Shown here in pieces: positions 25,908 through 39,931 of a stretch of DNA of 64,000 bases. The translations under genes were made by a program, and so were the position numbers. The DNA comes from Bugula neritina. Taxonomy: Eukaryota > Animalia > Bryozoa. Below the pieces are notes generated by a model. The model saw only the letters and a list, made by a program, of their open reading frames with translations. It had not been told where the DNA came from and made no database searches. The DNA lies in contig OZ037772.1 in assembly GCA_964035545.1 (NCBI GenBank), positions 9,355,150-9,419,149 of the forward strand, written 5' to 3'. Each line of letters begins with the position of its first letter. The stretch's first letter is position 1.

Positions 25908-28900
25908 TTACGTTATTTTAAACAAACACATGCTATCTCTCCAACCAGGTATAGCAATTACTCCATCTCTGATACTTGGTACTCCTATGTACTCAGATGG
26001 TAGTTTGTCATGGGAAAGGGTTTGAAGTAATTCTCCTGTAAACCAAATCAATCGTTCAATTTACAATATTCAAATTAAAACATCAAAATGACAGTTTCAC
26101 ATGGACAATTTGTAAGCTTAAATAATAATTATGTAATTAAAATGACAATATCAATAATGAATGTGCAAGAAGATCTTTATAATTATACTATTTTCAGCAT
26201 ATTTCAAAAAGAGTATATGATGAGTGATAACACCTCGAGAAGAGACAACATATATCTTCTTCAATGATTTAGCTGTTGCGTAGATGAGTCCATTAGAATC
26301 TGTACAGAGACTGTCTCCATCTTCAAAATCATTACATGTCCAGAGTTCAACCAGCTGTCCATTCTCTATTTTATATTTCTGCAATTTACCTCCACAAATT
26401 CCTAACAAATCACCATCTGGTAAAAACCGCAAACCAAGCAACTTGCGACAAGTTCTGCTCGTTTGTTGAGATATGAAGTCATAAAGTATCAAATGGTTAG
26501 TTTCTGGATTGTTTACTGCAATAAATCTGTCTGATACTATCATAACCCCAACTGCATCACTTGATCGTTCAAACCGAAACAATTCTTTTCTCTTTGTGAT
26601 GTCAACAGCCAAACACATCTCTACCTTGCACACACCTTGTGCTCTGTGCAGTATGAATACATTCTGATGATGCTCGACTACTGATGCAACTAATTTCATA
26701 TCTGTGCTGCATTCAACCAGTTTGCTCTCACCTCCACGGAGGACATATAATCCATCACTTGTACCTACGAGCAGATCTCCATTCTGTCTATAGCAAGCAG
26801 CAAGACACGAACTACTTGTCTTATGTTCAGATATGAATTTCAGTGATGATGGAACTGTCACCAGATTTGCACTCAGCAGTGATGCAACTCTCCCATCTGT
26901 ATAATAGATAGATACTAATCATTATTAGTCTTGTGCTGCTATTTGATTTTAAACATTTATATATTTCTTGGAAGGTAAGTGTCAATTAATTTTATATATT
27001 CATACAGACAAAAGGACTGATGGCTTAACAGCACCAACTTATCTGGCAATATAGCTCTAATTTATTTATAATTTTATAACAAAATTTAAAAGCTCAACTA
27101 TTGAAAACTGAAAAGTTTAAGCTGCAGCTTAAATAATTGCATCAAGTGTTTGAATATTCAATATAGATGGTAAATTTTAGGCAAAAAACTATTTATTTAA
27201 TTATTATTGTTTATTCATAAGCGTGCAGTATACATTATATTATAGCTAATAATATACCTGAAAAGAGATTGTAATACTTGACTTACACGCTTGGCTTAAA
27301 GCTTGAGGTTTACTGATTGTGAATTCATCAGGTTTTATCTTACTGACTTCATTCGTAATTCTCTTTTTCTGCTTCACTTTCTCAGTTACATGGCTATTTT
27401 GAATCAAATTATTTAAGTTGATTTGCACTTTTTGCAACTCATTTTTATTCAGCATCAGGTTGGTGTAACAAACTTCCACCTCATTGGTCACTTTTTTTCT
27501 GTGACCTATGACCTTTTTCATGAGTTCTTGACTTTTTTCTTTAATTTTCTTAATCTGTTAGAAGCAGACTATTTAATATACTAAGTTGAACATTCCCTAT
27601 TTTTTATTTAAAAACAATTTTTAGCAAACACGCTATTTTACTAAAAGCTAACTTTAAATTATGAAATCAAGATAGCCACATTGAGGCTAAAAACACAAAA
27701 TTTAAACTCACCCCTCCTTTGCGCAACTTTCGGATCTGCTTTACAAGTTTTTCACATGTCTGTTCCTGGTCATCCAGTTCTCTCCAAATCTTCTTGTCCA
27801 GATCATACACTTCATTTATCTTTTCTGTTGCAGTCTGAAGTTGAGTCTGTAGATATGTATTTATCTCCTCTTGCAGAGAGGAAAGAGACTTGAAGTTGTG
27901 TTGATCGGCCTCTATATAAAATAATAAAATTTTAGTTGAAAATGTAAAGTTTACTTGCAGGTTCAATACAGTTTGTCTTTCCAATAGACAACAGAAATAT
28001 TTTCTTGCTTTGTATTTTTTAGATACATCTTGCGTATAGTAAGTATTATAAATTGAATATACTGGTAATATATTTTCATTTTTGTTTTTGTTTTTCTTCA
28101 TGGTAGTATATAAAGGTTTCATCTCACTCAGACGATTCCCACAGACAATTCCCACTTGGACACTTTTTTTATGTTGGTACAATATATATAGTAATATACA
28201 TATACAACTGTTGCATTTACTGCTAAATATGAATAAGCTACCAAGCCAGCTATTTGCTTTAACTCAATACTAGTTTAGCTACAGTTTATTTTATTTAGGT
28301 TATTCAGGTAAAAACGGCACTGTAAATATGGCACAGGCAATAATAGAAAATTTGGTAAAAATAACACATTTTCAACACATTATAGGGGCTTGGGAAAATT
28401 TAACATCACTGTGCTATTTTTACCAACTTTTCTATTTGTGCCACTTTTACAGTACCATTTTTACCAGAAACCAATAATAGAATGTTTAATATCTTTTAAT
28501 ATATCACTTAATAAACATATTTGATATTTTTTCTTATCATATTTTGTCTATCTTTTACCTTTAAGTTTAAAGTTTGTGCAAGATGGCTTCTTATATAGAA
28601 GCATTGTTACTGTAAGTGGCTTGCTGATGGCTTCTTTGCTTTCTATTATGTGCTAAATAATAGCATAAAATACATATATTACGCTAAAATCTATAAATAT
28701 CGTCTATAAGTAGAAAACGTCTAAGTGAGATGACACCAGTATAAAAGATAAGATTAAATTATATACCTGTACAGTCAGTTCCATGAACATCACATTCAAC
28801 ACATATCAATCTGTCGCATTTCTTACAAGCTCTATCTAAGATCTCTTCGTGTTTTTCACACACTGGTTTAGTATATATAGCTGATGATTGAATGTAGACA

Positions 28901-31900
28901 TCAATATCTATTTCATGGTGAGATTCTTTGTAAAGGGCATTGTGAGCCTGAAAGAAACATAATAAAAACTGCTATGCTTTTTGAAAAATGAAAGAGCTCA
29001 GTCTTATAATAGTTATAGAGCCAGGGATGTTTGAGTATTAAATTTGAAGATGCATGCACATGTATAGTGAACCAAAACTTGAAATGGATATGTATTTATA
29101 GGCTGGATCCTTGGCATGCTGCAGTTAAAAATTAAACTTATCTGAACAACTATATGATCTGGACTCAACAGACCACTTATGACACATGACATCCATTTTG
29201 AATTTGTTTCAAATCATACCTGGGTCATTCCACGTCAACTCAACCAATGGCCCACGCCTTTGCGTCTCAGATTTTGTTCATATTTACACCAAATGGACCT
29301 ACACATGTCCTGAGTACTATTCTTGAATATTTCTGGCCTGACACAAAAACTTTTTGAGAAATAATTATTTTCATGTACAAAGGTTGGGAAAAATTTTGAG
29401 TAAAATTTGCGATTTTTACTTTTAGACCAATTTGTAAACGTTCATATCTCCATTATTTTTCTAGACTGAGCCTTAAAATTTGGTGTGTGATTTGATAACA
29501 CCTATCAATTTGCACTAGTAGTAACACATACTGCAGAATACTTTGCATGCATATATGCTAAGCCATTGAATATTGGCAAATTTTTATGAATTTTGAAAAA
29601 TTTCGATTATTTGCCACATCACAAAAGGCGTTAATTTTCATTTTACTTCTATAAATTTTTATCCATAAATAGTTGATTATGGCTACTTTATACTCCTTAA
29701 TTTGTGTACTTTTGAAAATAATATTTTCCGAGATATAGACACCCAAAGTGAAGAAAATGTGAAAATTCGCCCAACTTCACAAGGATGTAACCCGATGTTT
29801 GAATACAGTAAAATCTTTCAAACAAGCATTTTCTGTAATGTCATTTAGTGTATTTTGTAGATTCATAAATTTGGACATCCTTATATTGTCCAAACTTGAA
29901 GTAAATCGCCTGGAAAAATGGTATGCGTACAAAAATCGGCAAAATGCAATTTTTCAATATAATATGTTGGGATCATACATTTTTTATTATTCATATTGTT
30001 CAAAATATCAAGTAGATACATATATGTTTCCTATATATATCAAATCTACTGAAGATTACGATAAAATCTGATTTGTGTGTAATATCGTAAGAAAAATTCT
30101 GCCGATCGGCATTATATGATATTCCCATTAGGTTTCAGGTAGCAATTGTTATTTCGATCTGTGAGTGAATGGTGTGAAACAGCTGAAATCTTGCTGGAAT
30201 CAAGTACATTAAGTAGCTGAGGCAAGGGTAGCTTCAAAAAACATACCCAAATAAAACACCATGGCCCTGAACACAATAGGCCTAATTAATTCGATGACGG
30301 TGGTGTTTAATACATGCCGGAAATAATTGTGGCTTTTGAAACAGATGTGCCTAAATATAGCAAAATGGCCCTAACCTCGCCCTAATTTGGTCAGTACTGG
30401 TTAAAGAATCAAGTAATTGGCATCATGCCATGTCCAATGTTCATCATTCTGAAAAAATTTACAACTCTCTTTTTTATAACTGAAAGCAATGGTCTTCCAA
30501 CTTTAATATCTGGTTCACACAGAACTCCTTTTGCAGTCTTCTGGCTTGCTGTGCAAGGTAATTGTTGGGTTTTTACATAGGCTGGGAAAGCTTTTTCCTA
30601 ATACATGATAGCTTTTCACATGTCATCTCAGCTATATTATGCTTTTCCATTTTCATTATAGCTAATACACAAAAGCTAACTTTTTTACGACTATAAAGAC
30701 TCAGCAGTTTTTCTCTTATCCAGACTTGCATTTCACACCTGTACTGGCAACTTGTAACTCATGAGATAACCTTTTTTTACGTTGCTATTTCTTCAGTCTG
30801 CTACTATAATAAATATTTATTTCTCTAACTTAAAACACAACGATAATTGTTTACTCCAAATTCTATAGATGTCTTATCAATGGTCCAGCTTTCTGGTGCC
30901 AATGTCAATAACTGGACCTTCTTTTGTCCCAAAGAAACTTTCACCTTATTCAAGGAACATATTATAATATGTTCAAATCTTTATGATTAATAGGCTTTAT
31001 ACAGGCATTTGTTGCTTCTGGGTGGAGTTCCTCTCCCTCTATACTTGCAACTGTGGCAACCTTCTTAGCAATGACCTCCTCCACTTGATTCTGTTTTTTT
31101 CCATAGTTCACTCTACTGGAAGGGCTAATTTTTAGGGCTCTTCTGGTATAATTCTACTCCTTTGAACTGTAGAAACTGAGAGAAACTGTGCAATATTAAT
31201 TGCTTCAAAAAAAGCTGAGCTCTCAGAATACTCTCAGGAAACTGAAAGTGATGCATTTCTTGAAGTTGAGAAGGAGGCACAGACACTAAACACTGGAATG
31301 ACAGAATTGGGAGCTCCTCCCGTGAAAGTTGCAAAAATTAGCCCATCCGCAGTAAAGTGAGCTATAAGAAAAAAAAACGAAAGAAAGTGCAGGAGGTCAT
31401 TACTGAAAAGGTAGAAACAGTCTTTGGCATAGATGAAGAAGAACTCCACCCAGAAGCAACAAATGTCTGTATGAAGCGTAGTAATCATAAAGATTTGAAC
31501 AAATTGATGATCCTTGATCCTTGAATATAAGGTAAAGTAAAGTTGGTAGACCATTCTCTCCACATTTAAAAGAAAAAGTTGTAGATCTTTTCAGGATGAT
31601 GAATATTATTCTTAGCCTGGGCAAATTACTTACCTGATTAGGGTGCGGACCAATCTGCTATATTTAGGCACATCTGTTTCAAAAGCCACAATTATTTCCG
31701 GCATGTATTAAACACCACCGTCATCGAATTAATTAGGCCTATTGTGTTCAGGGCCATGGTGTTTTATTTGGGTATGTTTTTTGAAGCTACCCTTGCCTCA
31801 GCTACTTAATGTACTTGATTCCAGCAAGATTTCAGCTGTTTCACACCATTCACTCACAGAAATAACAATTGCTACCTGAAACCTAATGGGAATATCATAT

Positions 31901-33713
31901 AATGCCGATCGGCAGAATTTTTCTTACGATATTACACACAAACCAGATTTTATCGTAATCTTCAGTAGATTTGATATATATAGGAAACATATATGTATCT
32001 ACTTGATATTTTGAACAATATGAATAATAAAAAATGTATGATCCCAACATATTATATTGAAAAATTGCATTTTGCCGATTTTTGTACGCATACCATTTTT
32101 CCGTGCGATTTACTTCAAGTTTGGACAATATAAGGACGTCCAAATTTATGAATCTACAAAATACACTAAATGACGTTACAGAAAATGCTTGTTTGAAAGA
32201 TTTTACTGTATTCAAACATCGGGTTACATCCTTGTGAAGTTGGGCGAATTTTCACATTTTCTTCACTTTGGGTGTCTATATCTCGGAAAATATTTTTTTC
32301 AAAATTACACAAATTAAGGAGTATAAAGTAGCCAATATCAACTATTTATGGATAAAAATTTATAGAAGTAAAATGAAAATTAACGCCTTTTGTGATGTGG
32401 CAAATAATCGAAATTTTTCAAAATTTATAAAAATTTGCCAATATTCAATGGCTTAGCATATATGCATACAAAGTATTCTGCAGTATGTGTTACTACTAGT
32501 GCAAATTGATAGGTGTTATCAAATCACACACCAAATTTTAAGGCTCAGTCTAGAAAAATAATGGAGATATGAACGTTTACAAATTGGTCTAAAAGTAAAA
32601 ATCGCAAATTTTACTCAAAATTTTTCCCAACCTTTGTACATGAAAATATTCATTTCTCAAAAAGTTTTTGTGTCAGACCAGAAATATTCAAGAATAGTAC
32701 TCAGGACATGTGTAGGTCCATTTGATGTAAATATGAACAAAATCTGAGACGCAAAGGCGTGGGACTTTCTGAAATTTGGTTGATTTGACATGGAATGACC
32801 CACCTTTGAACTATAAAAAAAAACTCATGCAAGTTTATAGTCACTATCTCTGTGAGAAGCCCCTGATAGAAGGGGTTTTTGTTAAAGCAAGCTAACGACT
32901 TATTTAAATGAGGCACAGGAGCAATTATGACTGGATGCTCTTCCTAACATCACCGATAGTCTTTGTCCGGGCTCAAACCCATGACCTAGGCAAACGCTCT
33001 AATTTCTAGACCAGGGGTGCTATACCTAGCTTTAAACGATACAGTAACATTAAAAATTTTTCACTTCGTATTTTCATGAAGTGAAATAGAATTTTTACCT
33101 TTTGATGGCCAGTACAAAGTTTGTCTCCACATGTAATGCAAAAGCAAGTGGCAATTTCACCTTGACATCCATAAGCTGTACAATATAGCATATCCAAGTC
33201 AAGCTTGTAATCTTTAGTTTCAACTTTCTTTAGTTCTTCAAAGTTGAGGTTTTCATGTACCATCCTGTAATCACATGTGTATTTTCATACCTTGATTCTT
33301 ATAGTATATTAGTTTTTCTACAGGGAGCAGAGCATATTTTTAACATTCTATCTATTTTGTGATAGTTTTAACTTAAACCTACAGAAAAACGTTGAGAACT
33401 AAGATGAGACTGTCAGCCATTGACTGATAAAAACTTCATCTTTGCTTCAACTTGACTCTTTCGTTGGCAGTCAAATAAAAGTTGTAGGTATATAAACCAT
33501 ATACTATATATGAAAATTCAATTCCTTATAACTCACTGACCCACAATTGGGACACTTTACAGTGCCTTGTTGGTTGTAGTATCCTTCAATACAACTCAAA
33601 CAGAATACATGCTGACAAAGCAGCTCTCTTGGATCTATCATAGACTCTGTTTTGGATGCACAGAAACCACATTGATAAACTGAGGGCAAGTGTTGGACAG
33701 CCATCTTGCTCAT
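25908..33713 (-). CDS. TRIM-like gene copy C, apparently intact E3 ligase (RING-Bbox-Bbox-CC-beta-propeller)
   Basis: Approximate exons: RING 33541-33713, B-box1 33099-33264, B-box2 28767-28947, CC1 27711-27911, CC2 27286-27554, propeller 26234-26896, last 25908-26035. No stops seen and splice phases are compatible. Confidence 0.8.
28115..28737. mobile_element. MITE with ~20-bp TIRs, containing a nested ~175-bp hairpin MITE (28298-28472)
   Basis: GGTTTCATCTCACTCAGACG...CGTCTAAGTGAGATGACACC. The inner element has imperfect ~65-bp inverted arms built on GGTAAAAATRGCACA-like subrepeats. Confidence 0.65.
29222..32801. mobile_element. Sola2-like non-autonomous DNA transposon with ~1.14-kb TIRs, in an intron of copy C
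   Basis: Arms 29222-30362 and 31656-32801; termini GGGTCATTCC/GGAATGACCC; 4-bp TSD ACCT; empty site in the paralog at ~50012; transposase-like remnants KVQLLTLAPESW (minus) and LGAPPVK (plus). The Sola2 call rests on GRG termini, 4-bp TSD and long TIRs. Confidence 0.85.
32808..33005 (-). mobile_element. tRNA-SINE-like repeat (paralog ~50015-50215)
   Basis: The reverse complement shares CATGGGTTTGAGCCC, GGTGATGTTAGGAAGAGCATCCAGTCATAATTG and GACTATAAACTTG with 63185-63395. Confidence 0.65.
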
Positions 33714-34507
33714 AATATGATGATGGAGTCAAGATCTAAAACCTTAGGCAGCTAAATAAACAGCTAAGATGTTTTCAGGTTTGATAAAATAATATATGAG
33801 ATACAAATAATGCAAAACTGCTATTTCTTATAATAGGTGAAATAAACATCAAAGATCGGTTATAGCCCAAATTCTAGATATTAATAAGATAATCTAGTAT
33901 AATTTCCAAGCATTGCAGAACAAGTAAATAAAAATATTAGATTTTTTACTAAAATTAAAGGATTTATGTAATGAAAAGAAAGTCTTTAAAAGCAAGACAG
34001 GTCTTTTTTTAAAACTAAATGCATGCTTTCAATGATAATTTTGTTTAGTATGTAAAAAATTCCAAATAGAAAATCCAAATTTGCACTAACCGACAGTTGA
34101 GCAATCAATCAACAACTCTATCTCACAAATATCATATAACTTACCTTGAAGAGAGAATAATGTCCGCTGGTTTGATTGACAGCAGAAATACCACCATGCA
34201 AACAGTCAGGCAATCTATTTATATATAATACGAGATTGTTTGTGAGTAGGTAAACGATTTACCTAGTAGTAGCTACAATATAAGCCAACTGCTGGTATGA
34301 ACGGTTACAATGGCTATGTTTTAGAATGTTATACTACCTGCAATCAGCAGCTATATTCACTAATGTAAGCAAATGTAAAGCTTAAGGTTAAATGTAGTTA
34401 TAGATTTATAGTACCATATTGACTGTATCTCAGAACATTTATTACTCAATGCACAGGGTTAAAACTAATAAAACCGAAAGTCAATAAGTGTGGTGCTGAA
34501 GCTAAAA

Positions 34508-34518
34508 GGGGAACCCCC
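34508..34518. promoter_or_regulatory. kappaB-like site upstream of copy C (paralog 51713-51723; degenerate 9068-9078)
   Basis: GGGGAACCCCC about 290 bp upstream of a minus-strand TATATAAA (~34217-34228), with a 5'UTR donor GTAAGT at ~34139-34144. Confidence 0.45.
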
Positions 34519-35804
34519 AAGTTTATAAGCTAAGCACAATCACTTAGATGATCAAATTCAATGGAGTGTCTCAATAGAATATAAGTGATGTATTGAATTG
34601 TAGCACAATACAAAATATTGATTACAGCTAAACAATATATTTAGGTTAATTGTGTGTTCACCTGCTTATAAATAACTTTAAATATACAGCAGGTAATAGT
34701 AAACTAGGCTTAAGCTGTACACATTTATTTATATCCTTTAGCACAATGCTATATATAAATATATATAGGAGCTTTTATTTGTTGAATTATCAAGATAATT
34801 GTAGGCCTTTTAAAAATGCAGCGTCATTGTATAAAATGTTGTAATGTGCTATTTTACAAGATTAATATAGAAATACTGTTTTTTATTTCGTTTGGTAATT
34901 GACCATATCATAGTTTATTGATGAGAATTACTAGCTTGTTTTTATTCTCAAAAAGCAGCTATAATGATAAGGTGGTTGGGGCAATGACTAAGCGAACACA
35001 AAGGTTCAAATTGAAGTGAAGCTATTGCAGATGTTAAGAAGAGCATTCAGTCATAACAGTTTATACTTTGCCACAATAGAAAACAAGTTTTTACCAACAT
35101 ATTTCTATGGATGCAGTATTTGTCTATAAATTAGACAATAGCTTAGAATGCACAGGAAAATATAATTATTTTTCATTATAATAGAAATACACTATGCTAC
35201 ACTTCAATCTGCTTAATTGTTATGGAAATTCTTATTTTTACTAAAAAATAAAACGCAATGTTAATATACACAATTCACACCAAAAATAATTGTTATTTTA
35301 TTAATAACAAGCAAATAGGGCAGATAGATGAATGACAAATTACTCACTAAAATTAGAGTTTAAGTGATAAAAGTTTAAATGTCTCAAAAGATTTAATAAG
35401 TTATAAGACTTATGATTAATTTACAAAAAATGTAAAAAACATTCTTGTATTTTCACAAATACTGCAAATTAAAAAGCGTAAAGTTATAAAAACAAGCAAA
35501 ATGCTTACAACATGCATTGATTGCAACTTATAAATGACATATTTTAAACTAGAATATTGTTTTGTGAAAAATTCTGTAATAATTATATTTATCAGATAGT
35601 ATAAAGTATAATACCTGTATAGTATTAAAATTACTTGGTAAAGTGAGTGAAATTCTAAAATATAGCAGTTTGAACTTATACCTTTTTTTGATCGATAATT
35701 TATCTTAACAAAAATGTTTGCAGTGTTCAAATATAAAACTATACTAGCTAACATATTGTGGAGTAGTCACTGTTTTATTACTTCTTCTTCAAGTTACTTC
35801 TTCT

Positions 35805-38800
35805 TCATGTTATTCTGAACAAACACAACTTGTTTTCACTCCAGCCAGGTACAGCTATTACTCCATCTCTGATACTTGGTACTCCTGAAAATCGTGATGG
35901 TAGTTTGTCATGAGAGTGTTTGAAGTAACTCCCCTGTAAAACATAAAATTCGTTGATTCCACATTTCCAGTTGAACACCATAATAAATGCTTGAATGCAA
36001 ATATATATGTAGCTATAGTTGCAAAATTAACTTTTAAAAAGTGACAAATTAGACTCGTGCAGATTGAAAACCCATTTAGTATATTTTATGCTTTTTCATA
36101 CTTCAACTGAATTTTTTTTGAAATTGAAAAATTTTAATTCTGTAATAAGCATGAGCACGCAACAAACTTTTACAATTAAACTGTTGTAAAAGTGTATTAT
36201 AAGTGACAGCACCTTGAGAAGAAACAACATATATCTTCTTCGAGGATCTGGCTGCTACGTAGATGAGTCCAGCAGAATCTGTACAGAGACTGTATCCACC
36301 TTTAAGATCATCGCATGTCCAGAGTTCAACCAGCTGCCCATTCTCTATTTTATATTTCCGTAATTTACTTCCAAAAACTCCTAACAAATTACTGTCTGGT
36401 CCAAACTGTAAACCAAGCAGATTCATAGAACCGATTTTTTCTGTTTGCTGAGATGTGAAATCATAAATAATCAACTGCTTAAAATCTGGATTCGTCACCA
36501 CAGCATATCTGTCTGAGACTGCCATTACTGCTGCTATATTACTTGTTCTAGGAAACTGAAACAATTCTTTTCTCATTGTGATGTCACCAGCTAAACACAT
36601 CTCAACTATGCATGTGCCAGGTGCTTTATGAAGGATGAATACATTCTGATGATGTTCTACTACTGATGTAGCTAATTTCACATCCAACCTGCATACACCA
36701 AGCATATCCCCACCTCTACAGAGGGCATATAATCCACCACTTGTACCTACTAGTAGATCTCCATTTTTTCTATAGCAAGCAGACACACACTGACTAGTTG
36801 TCTCATGTTCAGATATGAATGTCAGTGAAGATGGAACTGTCACCAGACTCACAGCTAGCAGAGATGTCACTCTTTCATCTGCAAGAATTAGATACATTGT
36901 AATATTTATCAGCCTGATGTTGCAATTTTATTTTAAAATTTTACATTGTTTGAAAATACAGTCTCTAGTTACATATAGTTAGTTATCTTAGCAAAAAAGC
37001 CTATAGCATATTCACACCGCTTAGTAAAAAAAGCTTATCTGGCATTAACTGTCTTAATATAATTATATTATTAAGAGAGGGTTTTGACAACTAATGCTAT
37101 CAGCACCATAAAGTTTCACCTGCAGTTTAGCTGATACATATTGCTTAAAAATCTTTCCATAAAAATAAGCTTTCAACAAGTAAATTTCAAGAAAGAAGCT
37201 GCTTGTTTTGAAACTGCTAATTTATAAACTCAAAGATTAGTTAGTGTTGTAGTTAATATATTATGGTGACTTAAATTGTAAAATTTAGGGGGAAATGCTG
37301 CTTATTAGAATTTTTTTGCCAAGCAGTTTAGAATTATTATATAACTTACGTGTGAAACATAAAACATGGGGTTTACTGATTGCAGGTTCATCAAGTTCTA
37401 CTTCACCCAGTTCCTCCGTTACTCCTTTTCTATGTTTCACTTTCTCAGCCACGTGACTATCTTGGATTAAATGATTCAATTTGACTTGCACTTTCTGCAA
37501 CTCATTTCTTTTCAACATCAGGTTGTTGTAGCAAGCTTCTACCTCATTGGTCACTTTTTTCCTGTGCTCCATGACTTTTTCCATGAGTTCTTGACTTTTT
37601 TCCTTAATTTTCTTTATCTGTTTTACACAAAAAAAGAAATTAAATCAACAAATTTTTGCTCAGTAATAAGTTGATTATCTACAAACAAACAAATTCAAGT
37701 TGAGGATTTTTTAATATCATTATATATGCTTCGTAACTATCAGTGAAGAACTTTTCAAAGTACCTATATTCACTAGTATTTTCAGATTGAATAAACATAT
37801 AGAAATTAAAGTGCAAATCATAACGTAGATTAAGAATTGCCAGCAGTTACTAAAACTGGAATATTCAAATACATGCTACAGATCTTGACTACATAAAATC
37901 TTACACTTTAAATTTAACAATAAAATCGAAGTTGGTACAGAATAGTTTTAAACTCACTCCTTCTTTGCGCAACTTTCGGATCTGCTTTACAAGTTTTTCA
38001 CATGTCTGTTCCTGATCATCCAGCTCTCTCCATATCCTCTTGTCCAGATTATACACTTCATTTATCTTTTCTGTTGCAGTCTGAAGTTGAGTCTGTAGAT
38101 ATGTATTCATCTCCTCTTGCAGAGAGGAAAGAGACTTGAAGTTGTGTTGATTCTCATCATTAATGAAAATAGAAACCAGGTCAGCATCGCTTATAAAAAC
38201 AAAGTTGATCTGAGAATCAATTTGATTTTTCCAGCTTAAAGATGTCCGTTTTTGGTAATAAATAAATGGCATATAGAAAATATACTTTTCAAACCCATAA
38301 ACCAATATATTATTATTTATTTCAAGCTTACTGCATTTAACTTTTTACAAATTGCAAAGTATCTCTGAGTAAGACATTTCAATATTGTATATATACTAGT
38401 AATATTTATTTTATTTGAATCGAGCTTTTTGCTATTTTTCTGTAAAAATATAAATCATAATAATTATTATTCATACCTGCACAGTCAGCGCTGTAAATGT
38501 CGCATTCATTGCATATGAGCCGATCGCAACTCTTACAGGCTTTAATCAAGATCTCTCCATGTTTTTCACATATGGGTTTATCATAAATTGTCGGTGAATG
38601 CTTGTAGACAGCAATGTCTATTTCTGTGTGTGACTTGTTGTAGATGGCTTTGTGGAACTGATAAAATAATTAAACTTGTACAAATTGTAATTGAACATAA
38701 TAGAACAATGTAGCTTTGCAATCAGTACTGTTGTATACTGACATTTGACCTCTAAGTGTTATATACTGAAAATATATTGCATATATTATATCTATATGTG

Positions 38801-39931
38801 TGATATAAAACATTGCATATACTTTTAGACATATAAATTATATTTATACATCCAAATTTGGAGTAATGATGGTTTAATTACAAAGTGTTTTAAATTTAAT
38901 TATAGTTTCTACAACAGGATTGGAGTTTTCTTTTATTTAGCTTATTCAGGTTTATAAATTTTCAATTTGAAAGAAGATGCAAAAACCAGTTACATCATTT
39001 TCCTGAAGTAATATATATAAGTAGAAGCTTGCTTACAAAATAGTTATTACTGTATAATTTCATAAGTAAAATAGATATATAGATTTACATTGATGTTATC
39101 ACCGAAGGATGCTATCATGCAAATTATAAGTAACTTTGGAAGTCATGCAAATTATAACAAATTCATTGTGCTTTCCTATTGTTTTCCACACTATATATGG
39201 AGGCATATATAGAGCCGATTATTGGAAGATATTTTTAAAGAAAAAGCTAAATTTGTACCCTGCAGAGAGATAAAATGTTTTGGCAGTCGGAAACCTAATA
39301 ATTGCTAAATTTTAAATTATTAAAGGTTTTTACCTTTTGATGGCCACCACAAAACTTATAGTCACATGTCACGCAGAAACATACAGCCAGTTGACCTTCA
39401 CATTGATCAACTGTACAAAACAGAGTCTCAGATTCTAGTGTGTGTTCTTCTGTCTCAACTTCTCGTAATTCTTCAAGGTTCAGTGCTTCAAACAGTAGTC
39501 TGCAATTGGATATATAGTTAACCGTTGAGTATAAGAAAATCCCGGTTATATGAATAAAAATGAATGTATACGTTTAGCACTTTCTCTTTATTTCTAGTGT
39601 TTACAATATTATGGTGGGAAAAAATGTTTAAAAAATTGATAGATTTTATTTTACCAAAATATTCTTCACAGTATTTAAGCAACATAGATTGTATTGACAA
39701 TATAGTAAGTGTTGCAGGTTTATAGGTATTTGACTATTTAGACAAAAAGAACTTCTCACACACTCACCCACAAGTAGGGCAGGTTACAGAGCCATGTTGG
39801 TTGTAGTATCCTTTAATACAACTCAAACAGAATACATGCTGACAAGGGAGCTCTCTTGAATTTATCATAGACTCTGTTCTGGATGCACAGAAACCACATT
39901 CATAGTCTGGGGGCAGGTGTTGGGCAGCCAT
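35805..39931 (-). pseudogene. TRIM-like gene copy D, defective
   Basis: All exons are recognisable. A 2-nt deletion in the last exon gives TGA at 35908-35910, and the canonical AG of the CC1 exon is absent at ~38158 (TTAATG|ATGAG vs GTGTAG|ATGAG). Confidence 0.75.

Noticed and set aside
29558-32456. Duplicated ORF pairs (MNTVKSFK..., MGVYISEN...) on opposite strands
   Set aside because: Mirror images within the TIR arms, with TTG starts and no recognisable domain.
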